Assembly: GCA_964016885.1 (NCBI GenBank)
Contig: OZ024741.1
Coordinates: 30,938,001-31,002,000, forward strand
Source of the DNA: Eledone cirrhosa
Lineage: Eukaryota
Direction: 5' to 3'
Length of the DNA: 64,000 nucleotides
Below, in pieces: positions 43,101 through 59,900 of this stretch. Both the position numbers and the translations under genes were made by a program. The notes under the pieces were generated by a model. The model was not told the origin of the DNA and ran no database searches. It was given only the letters and a program-made list of their open reading frames with translations. The stretch's first letter is position 1. Each line of letters opens with the position of its first letter.

Positions 43101-44990
43101 ATTACAGACATACTTCCTTCCACTCCTTCCTTCCTTCAATACATCATTACAGTCATACTTCCTTCCACTCCTTCCTTCGTTCCTTCAATACATCATTACA
43201 GTTATACTTCCATCCACTCCTTCATTCGTTCAAAACATCATTACAGTCATACTTCCTTCCACTCGTTCCTTCCTTCAATACATCATTACAGTCATACTTC
43301 CTTCCACTCCTTCCTTTCTTCAATACATCACTACAGTCATACTTCCTCCCATTCCCTCCTTCCTTCAATACATCATTACAGTCATACTTCCTTCCACTCC
43401 TTCCTTCAATACATCATTACAGTCATACTTTCTTCCTCTCCTTCATTCCTTCAATACATCATTACAGTCATACTTCCTTCCACTCCTTCCTTTCTTCAAT
43501 ACATCATTACAGTCATACTTCCTTCCACTCCTTCCTTCCTTCAATACATCATTACAGTCATACTTCCTTCCACTCCTTCCTTCCTTCAATACATCATTAC
43601 AGTCATACTTCCTCCCACTCCTTCCTTCCTTCAATACATCATTACAGTCATACTTCCTTCCACTCCTTCCTTCCTTCCTTCAATACATCATTACAGTCAT
43701 AATTTCTTCCACTCCTTCCTTCCTTCAATACATCATTACAGTCATACTTCCTTCCACTCCTTCCTTCCCTCCTTCAATACATCATTACAGACATACTTCT
43801 TTCCACTCCTTCCTTCCTTCAATACATCATTACAGTCATACTTCCTTCCACTCCTTCCTTCCCTCCTTCAATACATCATTACAGACATACTTCTTTCCAC
43901 TCCTTCCTTCCGTCAATACATCATTACAGTCATACTTCCTTCCACTCCTTCATTCCTTCAATACATCATTACAGTCATACTTCCTTCCACTCCTTCCTTC
44001 CTTCAATACATCATTACAGTCATACTTCGTTTCACTCCTTCCTTCCTTCAATACATCATTACAGTCATACTTCCTTCCACTCCATCCTTTCTTCCTTCAA
44101 TACATTATTACAGTCATACTTCCTTCCACTCCTTCCTTCGTTCCTTCAATACATTATTACAGTTATACTTCCATCCACTCCTTCATTCGTTCAAAACATC
44201 ATTACAGTCATACTTCCTTCCACTCCTTCCTTCAATACATCATTACAGTCATACTTCCTTCCACTCCTTCCTTCAATACATCATTACAGTCATACTTCCT
44301 TTCCACTCCTTCCTTCAATACATCATTACAGTCATATTTCCTTCCACTCCTTCCTTCCTTCAATACATCATTACAGTCATACTTCCTTCCACTCCTTCCT
44401 TCCTTCAATACATCATTACAGTCATACTTCCTCCCACTCCTTCCTTCCTTCAATACATCATTGAAGTCATACTTCCTTCCACTCCTTCCTTCCTTCAATA
44501 CATCATTACAGTCATACTTTCTTCCACTCCTTCCTTCCTTCAATACATCATTACAGTCATACTTCCTTCCACTCCTTCCTTACTTCAATACATCATTACA
44601 GTCATACTTTCTTCCTCTCCTTCCTTCCTTCAATACATCATTACAGTCATACTTCCTTCCACTCCTTCCTTCCTTCAATACATCATTACAGTCATACTTC
44701 CTTTCCACTCCTTCGTTCCTTCAATACATCATTACAGTCATACTTCCTTCCACTCCTTCCTTCCTTCAATACATCATTACAGTCATACTTCCTTCCACTC
44801 ATTCCTTCCTCCAATACATCATTACAGACATACTTCCTTCCACTCCTTCCTTCCTTCAATACATCATCACAGTCATACTTCCTTCCACTCCTTCCTTCGT
44901 TCCTTCAATACATCATTACAGTCATACTTCCTTTCACTCCTTCCTTCCTTCAATACATCATTACAGTCATACTTCCTTCCACTCCTTCCT
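37163..44990. repeat. 3,890-bp near-identical tandem duplication within the satellite
   Basis: Constant 3,890 offset of landmarks: 37301/41191, 38386/42276, 39553/43443 and 40342/44232. The rare CATTGAAGTC variant is present in both copies. Confidence 0.92.
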
Positions 44991-47900
44991 TCCTTCAATG
45001 CATCATTACAGTCATACTTCCTTCCACTTCTTCCTTCCTTCAACACATCATCACAGTCATAATTCCTTCCACTCATTCCTTCCTTCAATACATCATTACA
45101 GTCATACTTCCTTCAACTCCTTCCTTCCTTCAATACATCATTACAGACATACTTCCTTCCACTCCTTCCTTCCTTCAATACATCATCACAGTCATACTTC
45201 CTTCAACTCCTTCCTTCCTTCAATACATCATCACAGTCATACTTCCTTCAACTCCTTCCTTCCTTCAATACATCATTACAGTCATATTTCCTTCCACTCC
45301 TTCCTTCCTTAAATACATCATTACAGTCATACTTCCTTCCACTCCTTCCTTCCCTCCTTCAATACATCATTACAGACATACTTCTTTCCAATCCTTCCTT
45401 CCTTCAATACATCATTACAGTCATACTTCCTTCCACTCCTTCCTTCCCTCCTTCAATACATCATTACAGACATACTTCTTTCCACTCCTTCCTTCCGTCA
45501 ATACATCATTACAGTCATACTTCCTTCCACTCCTTCCTTCCTTAAATACATCATTACAGTCATACTTCCTTCCACTCCTTCATTCCTTCAATACATCATT
45601 ACAGTCATACTTCCTTCCACTCCCTCCTTCCTTCAATACATCATTACAGTCATACTTCCTTCCACTCCTTCCTTCCTTCAATACATCATTACAGTCATAC
45701 TTCCTTCCACTCCTTCCTTTCTTCAATACATCATTACAGTCATACTTCCTCCCACTCCTTCCTTCCTTCAATACATCATTACAGTCATACTTCCTTCCAC
45801 TCCTTCCTTCCTTCCTTCAATACATCATTACAGTCATACTTTCCTCCACTCCTTCCTTCCTTCAATACATCATTACAGTCATACTTCCTTCCACTCCTTC
45901 CTTCCTTCAATACATCATTACAGTCATACTTTCTTCCTCTCCTTCCTTCAATACATCATTACAGTCATACTTAATTCCACTCCTTCCTTCCTTCAATACA
46001 TCATTACAGTTATACTTCCTTCCACTCCTTCCTTCCTTCAATACATCATTACAGACATACTTCCTCCCACTCCTTCCTTCCTTCAATACATCATCACAGT
46101 CATACTTCCTTCCACTCCTTCCTTCGTTCCTTCAATACATCATTACAGTCATACTTCCTTCCACTCCTTCCTTCCTTCAATACATCATTACAGTCATACT
46201 TCCTTCCACTCCTTCCTTCCTTCAATGCATCATTACAGTCATACTTCCTTCCACTTCTTCCTTCCTTCAATACATCATTACAGTCATACTTCCTTCCACT
46301 TCTTCCTTCCTTCAATACATCATTACAGTCATAATTCCTTCCACTCATTCCTTCCTTCAATACATCATTACAGTCATACTCCCTTCAACTCCTTCCTTCC
46401 TTCAATACATCATTACAGACATACTTCCTTCCACTCCTTCCTTCCTTCAATACATCATTACAGTCATACTTCCTTCCACTCCTTCCTTCCTTCCTTCAAT
46501 ACATCATTACAGTCATACTTTCTTCCACTCCTTCCTTCCTTCAATACATCATTACAGTCATACTTCCTTCCACTCCTTCCTTCCCTCCTTCAATACATCA
46601 TTACAGACATACTTCTTTCCACTCCTTCCTTCCTTCAATACATCATTACAGTCATACTTCCTTCCACTCCTTCCTTCGTTCCTTCAATACATCATTACAG
46701 TCATACTTCCTTTCACTCCTTCCTTCCTTCAATACATCATTACAGTCATACTTCCTTCCACTCCTTCCCTCCTTCAATACATCATTACAGACATACTTCC
46801 TTCCACTCCTTCCTTCCTTCAATACATCATGACAGTCATACTTCCTTCCACTCCTTGCTTCCCTCCTTCAATACATCATTACAGACATACTTCCGTCCAC
46901 TCCTTCCTTCCTTCCTTCAATACATCATGACAGTCATACTTCCTTCCACTCCTTCCTTCCCTCCTTCAATACATCATTACAGACATACTTCCGTCCACTC
47001 CTTCCTTCCTTCCTTCAATACATCATTACAGTCATACTTCCTTCCACTCCTTCCTTCCTTCAATACATCATTACAGACATACTTCCTTCCACTCCTTCCT
47101 TCCTTCAATACATCATTACTGTCATACTTCCTTCCACTCCTTCCTTCAATACATCATTACAGTCATACTTCCTTCCACTCATTCCTTCCTTCAATACATC
47201 ATTACAGTCATAATTCCTTCCACTCATTCCTTCCTTCAATACATCATTACAGTCATACTCCCTTCAACTCCTTCCTTCCCTCCTTCAATACATCATTACA
47301 GACATACTTCCGTCCACTCCTTCCTTCCTTCCTTCAATACATCATTACAGTCATACTTCCTTCCACTCCTTCCTTCCTTCAATACATCATTACAGACATA
47401 CTTCTTTCCACTCCTTCCTTCCGTCAATACATCATTACAGTCATACTTCCTTCCACTCCTTCATTCCTTCAATACATCATTACAGTCATACTTCCTTCCA
47501 CTCCTTCCTTCCTTCAATACATCATTACAGTCATACTTCGTTTCACTCCTTCCTTCCTTCAATACATCATTACAGTCATACTTACTTCCACTCCATCCTT
47601 TCTTCCTTCAATACATTATTACAGTCATACTTCCTTCCACTCCTTCCTTCGTTCCTTCAATACATTATTACAGTTATACTTCCATCCACTCCTTCATTCG
47701 TTCAAAACATCATTACAGTCATACTTCCTTCCACTCCTTCCTTCAATACATCCTTACTGTCATACTTCCTTCCACTCCTTCCTTCAATACATCATTACAG
47801 TCATACTTCCTTTCCACTCCTTCCTTCAATACATCATTACAGTCATATTTCCTTCCACTCCTTCCTTCCTTCAATACATCATTACAGTCATACTTCCTTC

Positions 47901-50900
47901 CACTCCTTCCTTCCTTCAATACATCATTACAGTCATACTTCCTTCCACTCCTTCCTTCCTTCAATACATCATTACAGTCATATTTCCTTCCACTCCTTCC
48001 TTCCTTCAATACATCATTACAGTCGTACTTCCTTCCACTCCTTCCTTCCCTCCTTCAATACATCATTACATACATACTTCCTTCCACTCCTTCCCTCTTT
48101 CAATACATCATTACATTCATACTTCCTACCACCCTTTCCTTCCCTCCTTCAATACATCATTACAGTCATACTTCCTTCCACTCCTTCCTTCTTTCAATAC
48201 ATCATTACAGTCATACTTCCTTTCCACTCCTTCCTTCAATACATCATTACAGTCATACTTTCTTCCACTCCTGCCTTCCCTCCTTCAATACATCCTTACA
48301 GTCATATTTCCATCCACTCCTTCCTTCCTTCAATACATCATTACAGTCATACTTCCATCCACTCCTTCCTTCCTTCAATACATCATTACAGTAATACTTT
48401 CTTCCTCTCCTTCCTTCCTTCAATACATCATTACAGTCATACTTCCTTCCACTCCTTCCTTCCTTCAATACATCATTACAGTCATACTTCCTTCCACTCC
48501 TTCCTTCCTTCAATACATCATTACAGACATACTTCCTTCCACTCCTTCCTTCTTTCAATACATCATCACAGTCATACTTCCTTCCAGTCCTTCCTTCGTT
48601 CCTTCAATACATCATTACAGTCATACTTCCTTCCACTCCTTCCTTCCCTCCTTCAATACATCATTACAGTCATACTTCCTTCCACTCCTTCCTTCCTTCA
48701 ATACATCATTACAGTCATACTTCCTTCCACTCCTTCCTACAATACATCGTTACAGTCATACTTCCTTCCACTCCTTCCTTCCTTCAAAACATCATTACAG
48801 TCATACTTCCTTCCACTCCTTCATTCCTTCAATACATAATTACAGTCATACTTCTTTCCACTCCTTCCTTCCGTCAATACATCATTACAGTCATACTTCC
48901 TTCCACTCCTTCATTCCTTCAATACATCATTACAGTCATACTTCCTTCCACTCCTTCCTTCCTTCAATACATCATTACAGTCATACTTCCTTTTACTCCT
49001 TCCTTCCATACATCATTTCAGTAATACTTCCTTCCACTCCTTCCTTTCTTCCTTCAATACATCATTACAGTCATACTTTCTTCAACTCCTTCCCTCCTTC
49101 AATACATCATTACAGACATACTTCCTTCCACTCCTTCCTTCCTTCAATACATCATGACAGTCATACTTCCTTCCACTGCTTCCTTCCCTCCTTCAATACA
49201 TCATTACAGACATACTTCCTTCCACTCCTTCCTTCCTTCAATACATCATTACTGTCATACTTCCTTCCACTCATTCCTTCCTTCAATACATTATTACAGA
49301 CATACTTCCTTCCACTCCTTCCTTCCTTCAATACATCATTACAGTCATACTTCCTTCCACTCATTCCTTCCTTCAATACATTATTACAGACATACTTCCT
49401 TCCACTCCTTCCTTCCTTCAATACATCATTACAGTCATACTTCCTTCCACTCCTTCCTTCCTTCCTTCAATACATCATTACAGACATACTTCCTTCCACT
49501 CCTTCCTTCCTTCAATACATCATTACAATCATACTTCCTTCCACTCCTTCCTTCCCTCCTTCAATACATCATTACAGTCATACTTCCTTCCACTCCTTCC
49601 TTCCCTCGTTCATTACATCATTACAGTCATACTTCCTTCCACTCCTTCGTTCCTTCCTTCAATACATCATTACAGTCATACTTCCTTTCACTCCTTCCTT
49701 CGTTCCTTCAATACATCATTACAGTCATACTTCCTTTCACTCCTTCCTTCGTTCCTTCAATACATCATCACAGTCATACTTCCTTCAACTCCTTCCTTCC
49801 TTCAATACATCATTACAGTCATACTTCCTTCCACTCCTTCGTTCCTTCCTTCAATACATCATTACAGTCATACTTCCTTCCACTCCTTCCTTCAATACAT
49901 CATTACAGTCATACTTCCTTTCCACTCCTTCCTTCAATACATCATTACAGTCATACTTCCTTCCACTCATTCCTTCCTTCAATACATTATTACAGACATA
50001 CTTCCTTCCACTCCTTCCTTCCTTCAATACATCATTACAGTCATACTTCCTTCCACTCCTTCCTTCAATACATCATTACAGTCATACTTCCTTTCCACTC
50101 CTTCCTTCAATACATCATTACAGTCATACTTCCTTCCACTCATTCCTTCCTTCAATACATTATTACAGACATACTTCCTTCCACTCCTTCCTTCCTTCAA
50201 TACATCATTACAGTCATACTTCCTTCCACTCCTTCCTTCAATACATCATTACAGTCATACTTCCTTTCCACTCCTTCCTTCAATACATCATTACAGTCAT
50301 ACTTCCTTCCACTCATTCCTTCCTTCAATACATTATTACAGACATACTTCCTTCCACTCCTTCCTTCCTTCAATACATCATTACAGTCATACTTCCTTTC
50401 CACTCCTTCCTTCAATACATCATGACAGTCATACTTCCTTCCACTCATTCCTTCCTTCAATACATTATTACAGACATACTTCCTTCCACTCCTTCCTTCC
50501 TTCAATACATCATTACAGTCATACTTCCTTCCACTCCTTCGTTCCTTCCTTCAATACATCATTACAGTCATACTTCCTTCCACTCCTTCCTTCAATACAT
50601 CATTACAGTCATACTTCCTTTCCACTCCTTCCTTCAATACATCATTACAGTCATACTTCCTTCCACTCATTCCTTCCTTCAATACATTATTACAGACATA
50701 CTTCCTTCCACTCCTTCCTTCCTTCAATACATCATTACAGTCATACTTCCTTCCACTCCTTCCTTCAATACATCATTACAGTCATACTTCCTTTCCACTC
50801 CTTCCTTCAATACATCATTACAGTCATACTTCCTTCCACTCATTCCTTCCTTCAATACATTATTACAGACATACTTCCTTCCACTCCTTCCTTCCTTCAA

Positions 50901-53900
50901 TACATCATTACAGTCATACTTCCTTCCACTCCTTCCTTCAATACATCATTACAGTCATACTTCCTTTCCACTCCTTCCTTCAATACATCATTACAGTCAT
51001 ACTTCCTTCCACTCCTTCGTTCCTTCCTTCAATACATCATTACAGTCATACTTCCTTCCACTCCTTCATCAATACATCATTACAGTCATACTTCCTTTAA
51101 CTCCTTCCTTCCTTCAATACATCATTACAGTCATACTTCCTTCCACTCCTTCGTTCCTTCCTTCAATACATCATTACAGTCATACTTCCTTCCACTCCTT
51201 CATCAATACATCATTACAGTCATACTTCCTTCAACTCCTTCCTTCCTTCAATACATCATTACAGTCATACTTCCTTCCACTCCTTCGTTCCTTCCTTCAA
51301 TACATCATTACAGTCATACTTCCTTCCACTCCTTCATCAATACATCATTACAGTCATACTTCCTTCAACTCCTTCCTTCCTTCAATACATCATTACAGTC
51401 ATACTTCCTTCCACTCCTTCGTTCCTTCCTTCAATACATCATTACAGTCATACTTCCTTCCACTCCTTCATCAATACATCATTACAGTCATACTTCCTTC
51501 CACTCCTTCGTTCCTTCCTTCAATACATCATTACAGTCATACTTCCTTCCACTCCTTCATCAATACATCATTACAGTCATACTTCCTTCAACTCCTTCCT
51601 TCCTTCAATACATCATTACAGTCATACTTCCTTCCACTCCTTCGTTCCTTCCTTCAATACATCATTACAGTCATACTTCCTTCCACTCCTTCATCAATAC
51701 ATCATTACAGTCATACTTCCTTCAACTCCTTCCTTCCTTCAATACATCATTACAGTCATACTTCCTTCCACTCCTTCGTTCCTTCCTTCAATACATCATT
51801 ACAGTCATACTTCCTTCCACTCCTTCCTTCAATACATCATTACAGTCATACTTCCTTTCCACTCCTTCCTTCAATACATCATTACAGTCATACTTCCTTC
51901 CACTCATTCCTTCCTTCAATACATTATTACAGACATACTTCCTTCCACTCCTTCCTTCCTTCAATACATCATTACAGTCATACTTCCTTCCACTCCTTCC
52001 TTCAATACATCATTACAGTCATACTTCCTTTCCACTCCTTCCTTCAATACATCATTACAGTCATACTTCCTTCCACTCATTCCTTCCTTCAATACATTAT
52101 TACAGACATACTTCCTTCCACTCCTTCCTTCCTTCAATACATCATTACAGTCATACTTCCTTCCACTCCTTCCTTCAATACATCATTACAGTCATACTTC
52201 CTTTCCACTCCTTCCTTCAATACATCATTACAGTCATACTTCCTTCCACTCATTCCTTCCTTCAATACATTATTACAGACATACTTCCTTCCACTCCTTC
52301 CTTCCTTCAATACATCATTACAGTCATACTTCCTTTCCACTCCTTCCTTCAATACATCATGACAGTCATACTTCCTTCCACTCATTCCTTCCTTCAATAC
52401 ATTATTACAGACATACTTCCTTCCACTCCTTCCTTCCTTCAATACATCATTACAGTCATACTTCCTTCCACTCCTTCGTTCCTTCCTTCAATACATCATT
52501 ACAGTCATACTTCCTTCCACTCCTTCCTTCAATACATCATTACAGTCATACTTCCTTTCCACTCCTTCCTTCAATACATCATTACAGTCATACTTCCTTC
52601 CACTCATTCCTTCCTTCAATACATTATTACAGACATACTTCCTTCCACCCCTTCCTTCCTTCAATACATCATTACAGTCATACTTCCTTCCACTCCTTCC
52701 TTCAATACATCATTACAGTCATACTTCCTTTCCACTCCTTCCTTCAATACATCATTACAGTCATACTTCCTTCCACTCATTCCTTCCTTCAATACATTAT
52801 TACAGACATACTTCCTTCCACTCCTTCCTTCCTTCAATACATCATTACAGTCATACTTCCTTCCACTCCTTCCTTCAATACATCATTACAGTCATACTTC
52901 CTTTCCACTCCTTCCTTCAATACATCATTACAGTCATACTTCCTTCCACTCATTCCTTCCTTCAATACATTATTACAGACATACTTCCTTCCACTCCTTC
53001 CTTCCTTCAATACATCATTACAGTCATACTTCCTTTCCACTCCTTCCTTCAATACATCATGACAGTCATACTTCCTTCCACTCATTCCTTCCTTCAATAC
53101 ATTATTACAGACATACTTCCTTCCACTCCTTCCTTCCTTCAATACATCATTACAGTCATACTTCCTTCCACTCATTCCTTCCTTCAATACATTATTACAG
53201 ACATACTTCCTTCCACTCCTTCCTTCCTTCAATACATCATTACAGTCATACTTCCTTCCACTCCTTCCTTCCTTCCTTCAATACATCATTACAGACATAC
53301 TTCCTTCCACTCCTTCCTTCCTTCAATACATCATTACAATCATACTTCCTTCCACTCCTTCCTTCCCTCCTTCAATACATCATTACAGTCATACTTCCTT
53401 CCACTCCTTCCTTCCCTCGTTCATTACATCATTACAGTCATACTTCCTTCCACTCCTTCGTTCCTTCCTTCAATACATCATTACAGTCATACTTCCTTTC
53501 ACTCCTTCCTTCGTTCCTTCAATACATCATTACAGTCATACTTCCTTTCACTCCTTCCTTCGTTCCTTCAATACATCATCACAGTCATACTTCCTTCAAC
53601 TCCTTCCTTCCTTCAATACATCATTACAGTCATACTTCCTTCCACTCCTTCATCAATACATCATTACAGTCATACTTCCTTCAACTCCTTCCTTCCTTCA
53701 ATACATCATTACAGTCATACTTCCTTCCACTCCTTCGTTCCTTCCTTCAATACATCATTACAGTCATACTTCCTTTTACTCCTTCCTTCGTTCCTTCAAT
53801 ACATCATCACAGTCATACTTCCTTCAACTCCTTCCTTCCTTCAATACATCATTACAGTCATACTTCCTTTCCACTCCTTCCTTCAATACATCATTACATT

Positions 53901-56900
53901 CATACTTCCTTCCACTCCTTCCTTCCTTCAATACATCATTACAGTCATACTTCCTTTCACTCCTTCCTTCCTTCAATACATCATTTCAGTAATACTTCCT
54001 TCCACTCCTTCCTTTCTTCCTTCAATACAATATTACAGTCATACTGTCTTCAACTCCTTCCTTTCTTCAATACATAATTACATTCATACTTCCTTCCACT
54101 CCTTCCTTCCTACAATACATCATTACAGTAATACTTTCTTCCACTCCTTCCCTCCTTCAATACATCATTACAGACATACTTCCTTCCACTCCTTCCTTCC
54201 ACTCCTTCCTTCCTTCAATACATCATTACAGTCATACTTCCTTCCACCCCTTCCTTCCACTCCTTCCTTCCTTCAATACATCATTACAGTCATACTTCCT
54301 TCCACTCCTTCCCTCCTTCAATACATCATTACAGACATACTTCCTTCCACTCCTTCCTTCCTTCCTTCAATACATCATGACAGTCATACTTCCTTCCACT
54401 CCTTCCTTCCCTCCTTCAATACATCATTACAGACATACTTCCTTCCACTCCTTCCTTCCTTCAATACATCATTACAGTCATACTTCCTTCCACTCCTTCC
54501 TTCCTTCCTTCAATACATCATGACAGTCCTACTTCCTTCCACTCCTTCCACTCCTTCCTTCCTTCAATACATCATTACAGTCATACTTCCTTCCACTCAT
54601 TCCTTCCTTCAATACATTATTACAGACATACTTCCTTCCACTCCTTCCTTCCTTCAATACATCATTACAGTCATACTTCCTTCCACTCCTTCCTTCCTTC
54701 CTTCAATACATCATTACAGACATACTTCCTTTCACTCCTTCCTTCCTTCAATACATCATTACAGTCATACTTCCTTCCACTCCTTCCTTCTCTCCTTCAA
54801 TACAGCATTACAGTCATACTTCCTTCCACTCCTTCCTTCCCTCGTTCATTACATCATTACAGTCATACTTCCTTCCACTCCTTCCTTCCTTCCTTCAATA
54901 CATCATTACAGCCATACTTCCTTTCACTCCTTCCTTCGTTCCTTCAATACATCATTACAGTCATACTTCCTTTCCACTCCTTCCTTCAATACATCATTAC
55001 AGTCATACTTTCTTCCACTCCTTCCTTCCTTCAATACATCATTACGGTCATACTTCCTTCCACTCCTTCCTTCCTTCAATACATCATTACAGTCATACTT
55101 TCTTCCACTCCTTCCTTCCTTCAAAACATCATTACAGTCATACTTCCTTCCACTCCTTCCTTCAATACATCATTACAGTCATATTTCCTTCCACTCCTTC
55201 CTTCCTTCAATACATCATTACAGTCGTACTTGCTTCCACTCCTTCCTTCCCTCCTTCAATACATCATTACATACATACTTCCTTCTACTCCTTCCCTCTT
55301 TTAGTACATTATTACAGTCATACTTTCTTCCACTCCTTCCTTCCCTCCTTCAATACATCCTTACAGTCATATTGCCATCCACTCCTTCCTTCCTTCAATA
55401 CATCATTACAGTCATACTTCCTTCCACTCCTTCCTTCCTTCAATACATCATTACAGTCCTACTTCCTTCCACTCCTTCCTTCCTTCAATACATCATTACA
55501 GACATACTTCCTTCCACTCCTTCCTTCCTTCAATACATCATTACTGTCATAATTCCTTCCACTCCTTCCTTCCTTCAATACATCATTACTGTCATAATTC
55601 CTTCCACTCCTTCCTTCCTTCAATACATCATTACAGTCATACTTCCTTCCTCTCCTTCCTTCCTTCCTTCAATACATCATTACAGACATACTTCCTTCCA
55701 CTCCTTCCTTCCTTCAATACATCATTACATACATACTTCCTTCCACTCCTTCCTTCCTTCAATACATCATTACAGACATACTTCCTTCCACTCCTTCCTT
55801 CCTTCAATACATCATTACAGAAATACTTCCTTCCATTCCTTCCTTCCTTCAATACATCATTACAGTCATACTTCCTTCCACTCCTTCCACTCCTTCCCTC
55901 CTTCAATACATCATTACAGTCATACTTTCTTCCACTCCTTCCTTCCTTCAATACATCATTACAGTCATACTTTCTTCCACTCCTTCCTTCCTTCAATACA
56001 TCATTACAGTCATACTTCCTCCCACTCCTTCCTTCCTTCAATACATCATTACAGTCATACTTCCTTCCACTCCTTCCTTCCTTCAATACATCATTACAAT
56101 CATACTTTCTTCCACTCCTTCCTTCCTTCAATACATCATTACAGTCATACTTCCTTCCACTCCTTCCTTCCTTCAATACATCATTACAGTCATACTTTCT
56201 TCCTCTCCTTCCTTCATTCAATACATCATTACAGTCATACTTCCTTCCACTCCTTCCCTCCTTCAATACATCATTACAGTCATATTTCTTTCCACTCCTT
56301 CCTTCCTTCAATACATCATTACAGTCATACTTCCTTCCACTCCTTCCTTCCCTCCTTCAATACATCATTACAGACATACTTCTTTCCACTCCTTCCTTCC
56401 GTCAATACATCATTACAGTCATACTTCCTTCCACTCCTTCATTCCTTCAATACATCATTACAGTCATACTTCCTTCCACTCCTTCCTTCCTTCAATGCAT
56501 CATTACAGTCATACTTCCTTCCAATTCTTCCTTCCTTCAATACATCATCACAGTCATAATTCCTTCCACTCATTCCTTCCTTCAATACATCATTACAGTC
56601 ATACTCCCTTCAACTCCTTCCTTCCTTCAATACATCATTACAGACATACTTCCTTCCACTCCTTCCTTCCTTCAATACATCATCACAGTCATACTTCCTT
56701 CAACTCCTTCCTTCCTTCAATACATCATCACAGTCATACTTCCTTCAACTCCTTCCTTCCTTCAATACATCATTACAGTCATACTTCCTTCCACTCCTTC
56801 CTTCCTTAAATACATCATTACAGTCATACTTCCTTCCATTCCTTCCTTCCCTTCTTCAATACATCATTACAGTCATACTTCTTTCCACTCCTTCCTTCCT

Positions 56901-59900
56901 TCAATACATCATTACAGTCATACTTCCTTCCACTCCTTCCTTCCCTCCTTCAATACATCATTACAGACATACTTCTTTCCACTCCTTCCTTCCGTCAATA
57001 CATCATTACAGTCATACTTCCTTCCACTCCTTCATTCCTTCAATACATCATTACAGTCATACTTCCTTCCACTCCTTCCTTCCTTCAATACATCATTTCA
57101 GTAATACTTCCTTCCACTCTTTCCTTCCTTCAATACATCATTACAGTCATACTTTCTGCAACTCCTTCCTTCCTTCCTTCAATACATAATTACAGTCATA
57201 CTTCCTTCCTCTCCTTTCTTCCTACAATACATCATTACAATCATACTTCCTTCCACTCCTTCCTTCCTTCCTTCCTTCCTTCAATACATCATTACCGTCA
57301 TACTTCCTTCCACTCCTTCCCTCCTCCAATACATCATTACAGACATACTTCCTTCCACTCCTTCCTTCCTTCAATACATCATTACAGTCATACTTCCTTC
57401 CACTCCTTCCTTCCCTCCTTCAATACATCATTACATTCATACTTCCGTCCACTCCTTCCTTCCTTCCTTCAATACATCATGACAGTCATACTTCCTTCCA
57501 CTCCTTCCTTCCCTCCTTCAATACATCATTACAGACATACTTCCTTCCACTCCTTCCTTCCTTCAATACATCATTACAGTCATACTTCCTTCCACTCCTT
57601 TCTTCCTTCCTTCAATACATCATCACATTCATACTTCCTTCAACTCCTTCCTTCCTTCAATACATCATTACAGTCATACTTCCTTCCACTCCTTCCTTCA
57701 ATACATCATTACACTCATACTTCCTTCCACTCCTTCCTTCCTTCAATACATCATTACGGTCATACTTCCTTCCACTCCTTCCTTCCTTCAATACATCATT
57801 ACAGTCATACTGCCTTCCACTCCTTCCTTCCTTCAAAACATCATTACAGTCATACTTCCTTTCCACTCCCTCCTTCAATACATCATTACAGTCATACTTT
57901 CTTCCACTCCTTCCTTCCCTCCTTCAATACATCCTTACAGTCATATTTCCATCCACTCCTTCCTTCAATACATCATTACAGTCATACTTCCTTCCACTCC
58001 TTCCTTCCCTCCTTCAATACATCATTACAGTCATATTTCCTTCCACTCCTTCCTTCCTTCAATACATCATTACAGACATACCTCCTTCCACTCCTTCCTT
58101 CCTTCAATACATCATTACAGTCATACTTCCTTCCACTCCTTCCTTCCCTCCTTCAATACATCATTACAGTCATACTTCCTTCCACTCCTTCCTTCCTTCA
58201 ATACATCATTACAGTCATACTTCCTTCCACTCCTTCCTTCGTTCCTTCAATACATCATTACAGTTATACTTCCATCCACTCCTTCATTCGTTCAATACAT
58301 CATTACAGTCATACTTCCTTCCACTCCTTCCTTCAATACATCATTACAGTCATACTTCCTTCCACTCCTTCCTTCAATACATCATTACAGTCATACTTTC
58401 TTTCCACTCCTTCCTTCAATACATCATTACAGTCATACTTCCTTCCACTCCTTCCTTCCTTCAATACATCATTACAGTCATACTTCCTTCCACTCCTTCA
58501 TTTCTTCAATACATCATTACAGTCATACTTCCTCCCACTCCTTCCTTCCTTCAATACATCATTACAGTCATACTTCCTTCCACTCATTCCTTCCTTCCTT
58601 CAATACATCATTACAGTCATACTTTCTTCCACTCCATCCTTCCTTCAATACATCATTACATTCATACTTCCTTCCACTCCTTCCTTCAATACATCATTAC
58701 ATTCATACTTCCTTCCACTCCTTCCTTCAATACATCATTACAGTCATACTTCCTTCCACTCCTTCCTTCCTTCAATACATCATTACAGTCATACTTCCTC
58801 CCACTCCTTCCTTCCTTCAATACATCATTACAGTCATACTTCCTTCCACTCCTTCCTTCCTTCCTTCCTTCAATACATCATTACTGTCATACTTTCTTCC
58901 ACTCCTTCCTTCCTTCAATACATCATTACAGTCATACTTCCTTCCACTCCTTCCTTCCTTCAATACATCATTACAGTCATACTTTCTTCCTCTCCTTCCT
59001 TCAATACATCTTTACAGTCATACTTCATTCCACTCCTTCCTTCCTTCAATACATCATTACAGTTATACTTCCTTCCACTCCTTCCTTCCTTCAATACATC
59101 ATTACAGACATACTTCCTTCCACTCCTTCCTTCCTTCAATACATCATCACAGTCATACATCCTTCCACTCCTTCCTTCGTTCCTTCAATACATCATTACA
59201 GTCATACTTCCTTCCACTCATTCCTTCCTTCAATACATCATTACAGTCATACTCCCTTCAACTCCTTCCTTCCTTCAATACATCATTACAGACATACTTC
59301 CTTCCACTCCTTCCTTCCTTCAATACATCATTACAGTCATACTTCCTTCCACTCCTTCCTTCGTTCCTTCAATACATCATTACAGTTATACTTCCATCCA
59401 CTCCTTCATTCGTTCAAAACATCATTACAGTCATCCTTCCTTCCACTCGTTCCTTCCTTCAATACATCATTACAGTCATACTTCCTTCCACTCCTTCCTT
59501 TCTTCAATACATCACTACAGTCATACTTCCTCCCATTCCCTCCTTCCTTCAATACATCATTACAGTCATACTTCCTTCCACTCCTTCCTTCAATACATCA
59601 TTACAGTCATACTTTCTTCCTCTCCTTCCTTCCTTCAATACATCATTACAGTCATACTTCCTTCCACTCCTTCCTTCCTTCAATACATCATTACAGTCAT
59701 ACTTCCTTCCACTCCTTCCTTCAATACATCATTACACTCATACTTCCTTCCACTCCTTCCTTCCTTCAATACATCATTACGGTCATACTTCCTTCCACTC
59801 CTTCCTTCCTTCAATACATCATTACAGTCATACTTCCTTCCACTCCTTCCTTCCTTCAAAACATCATTACAGTCATACTTCCTTCCACTCCTTCCTTCCT

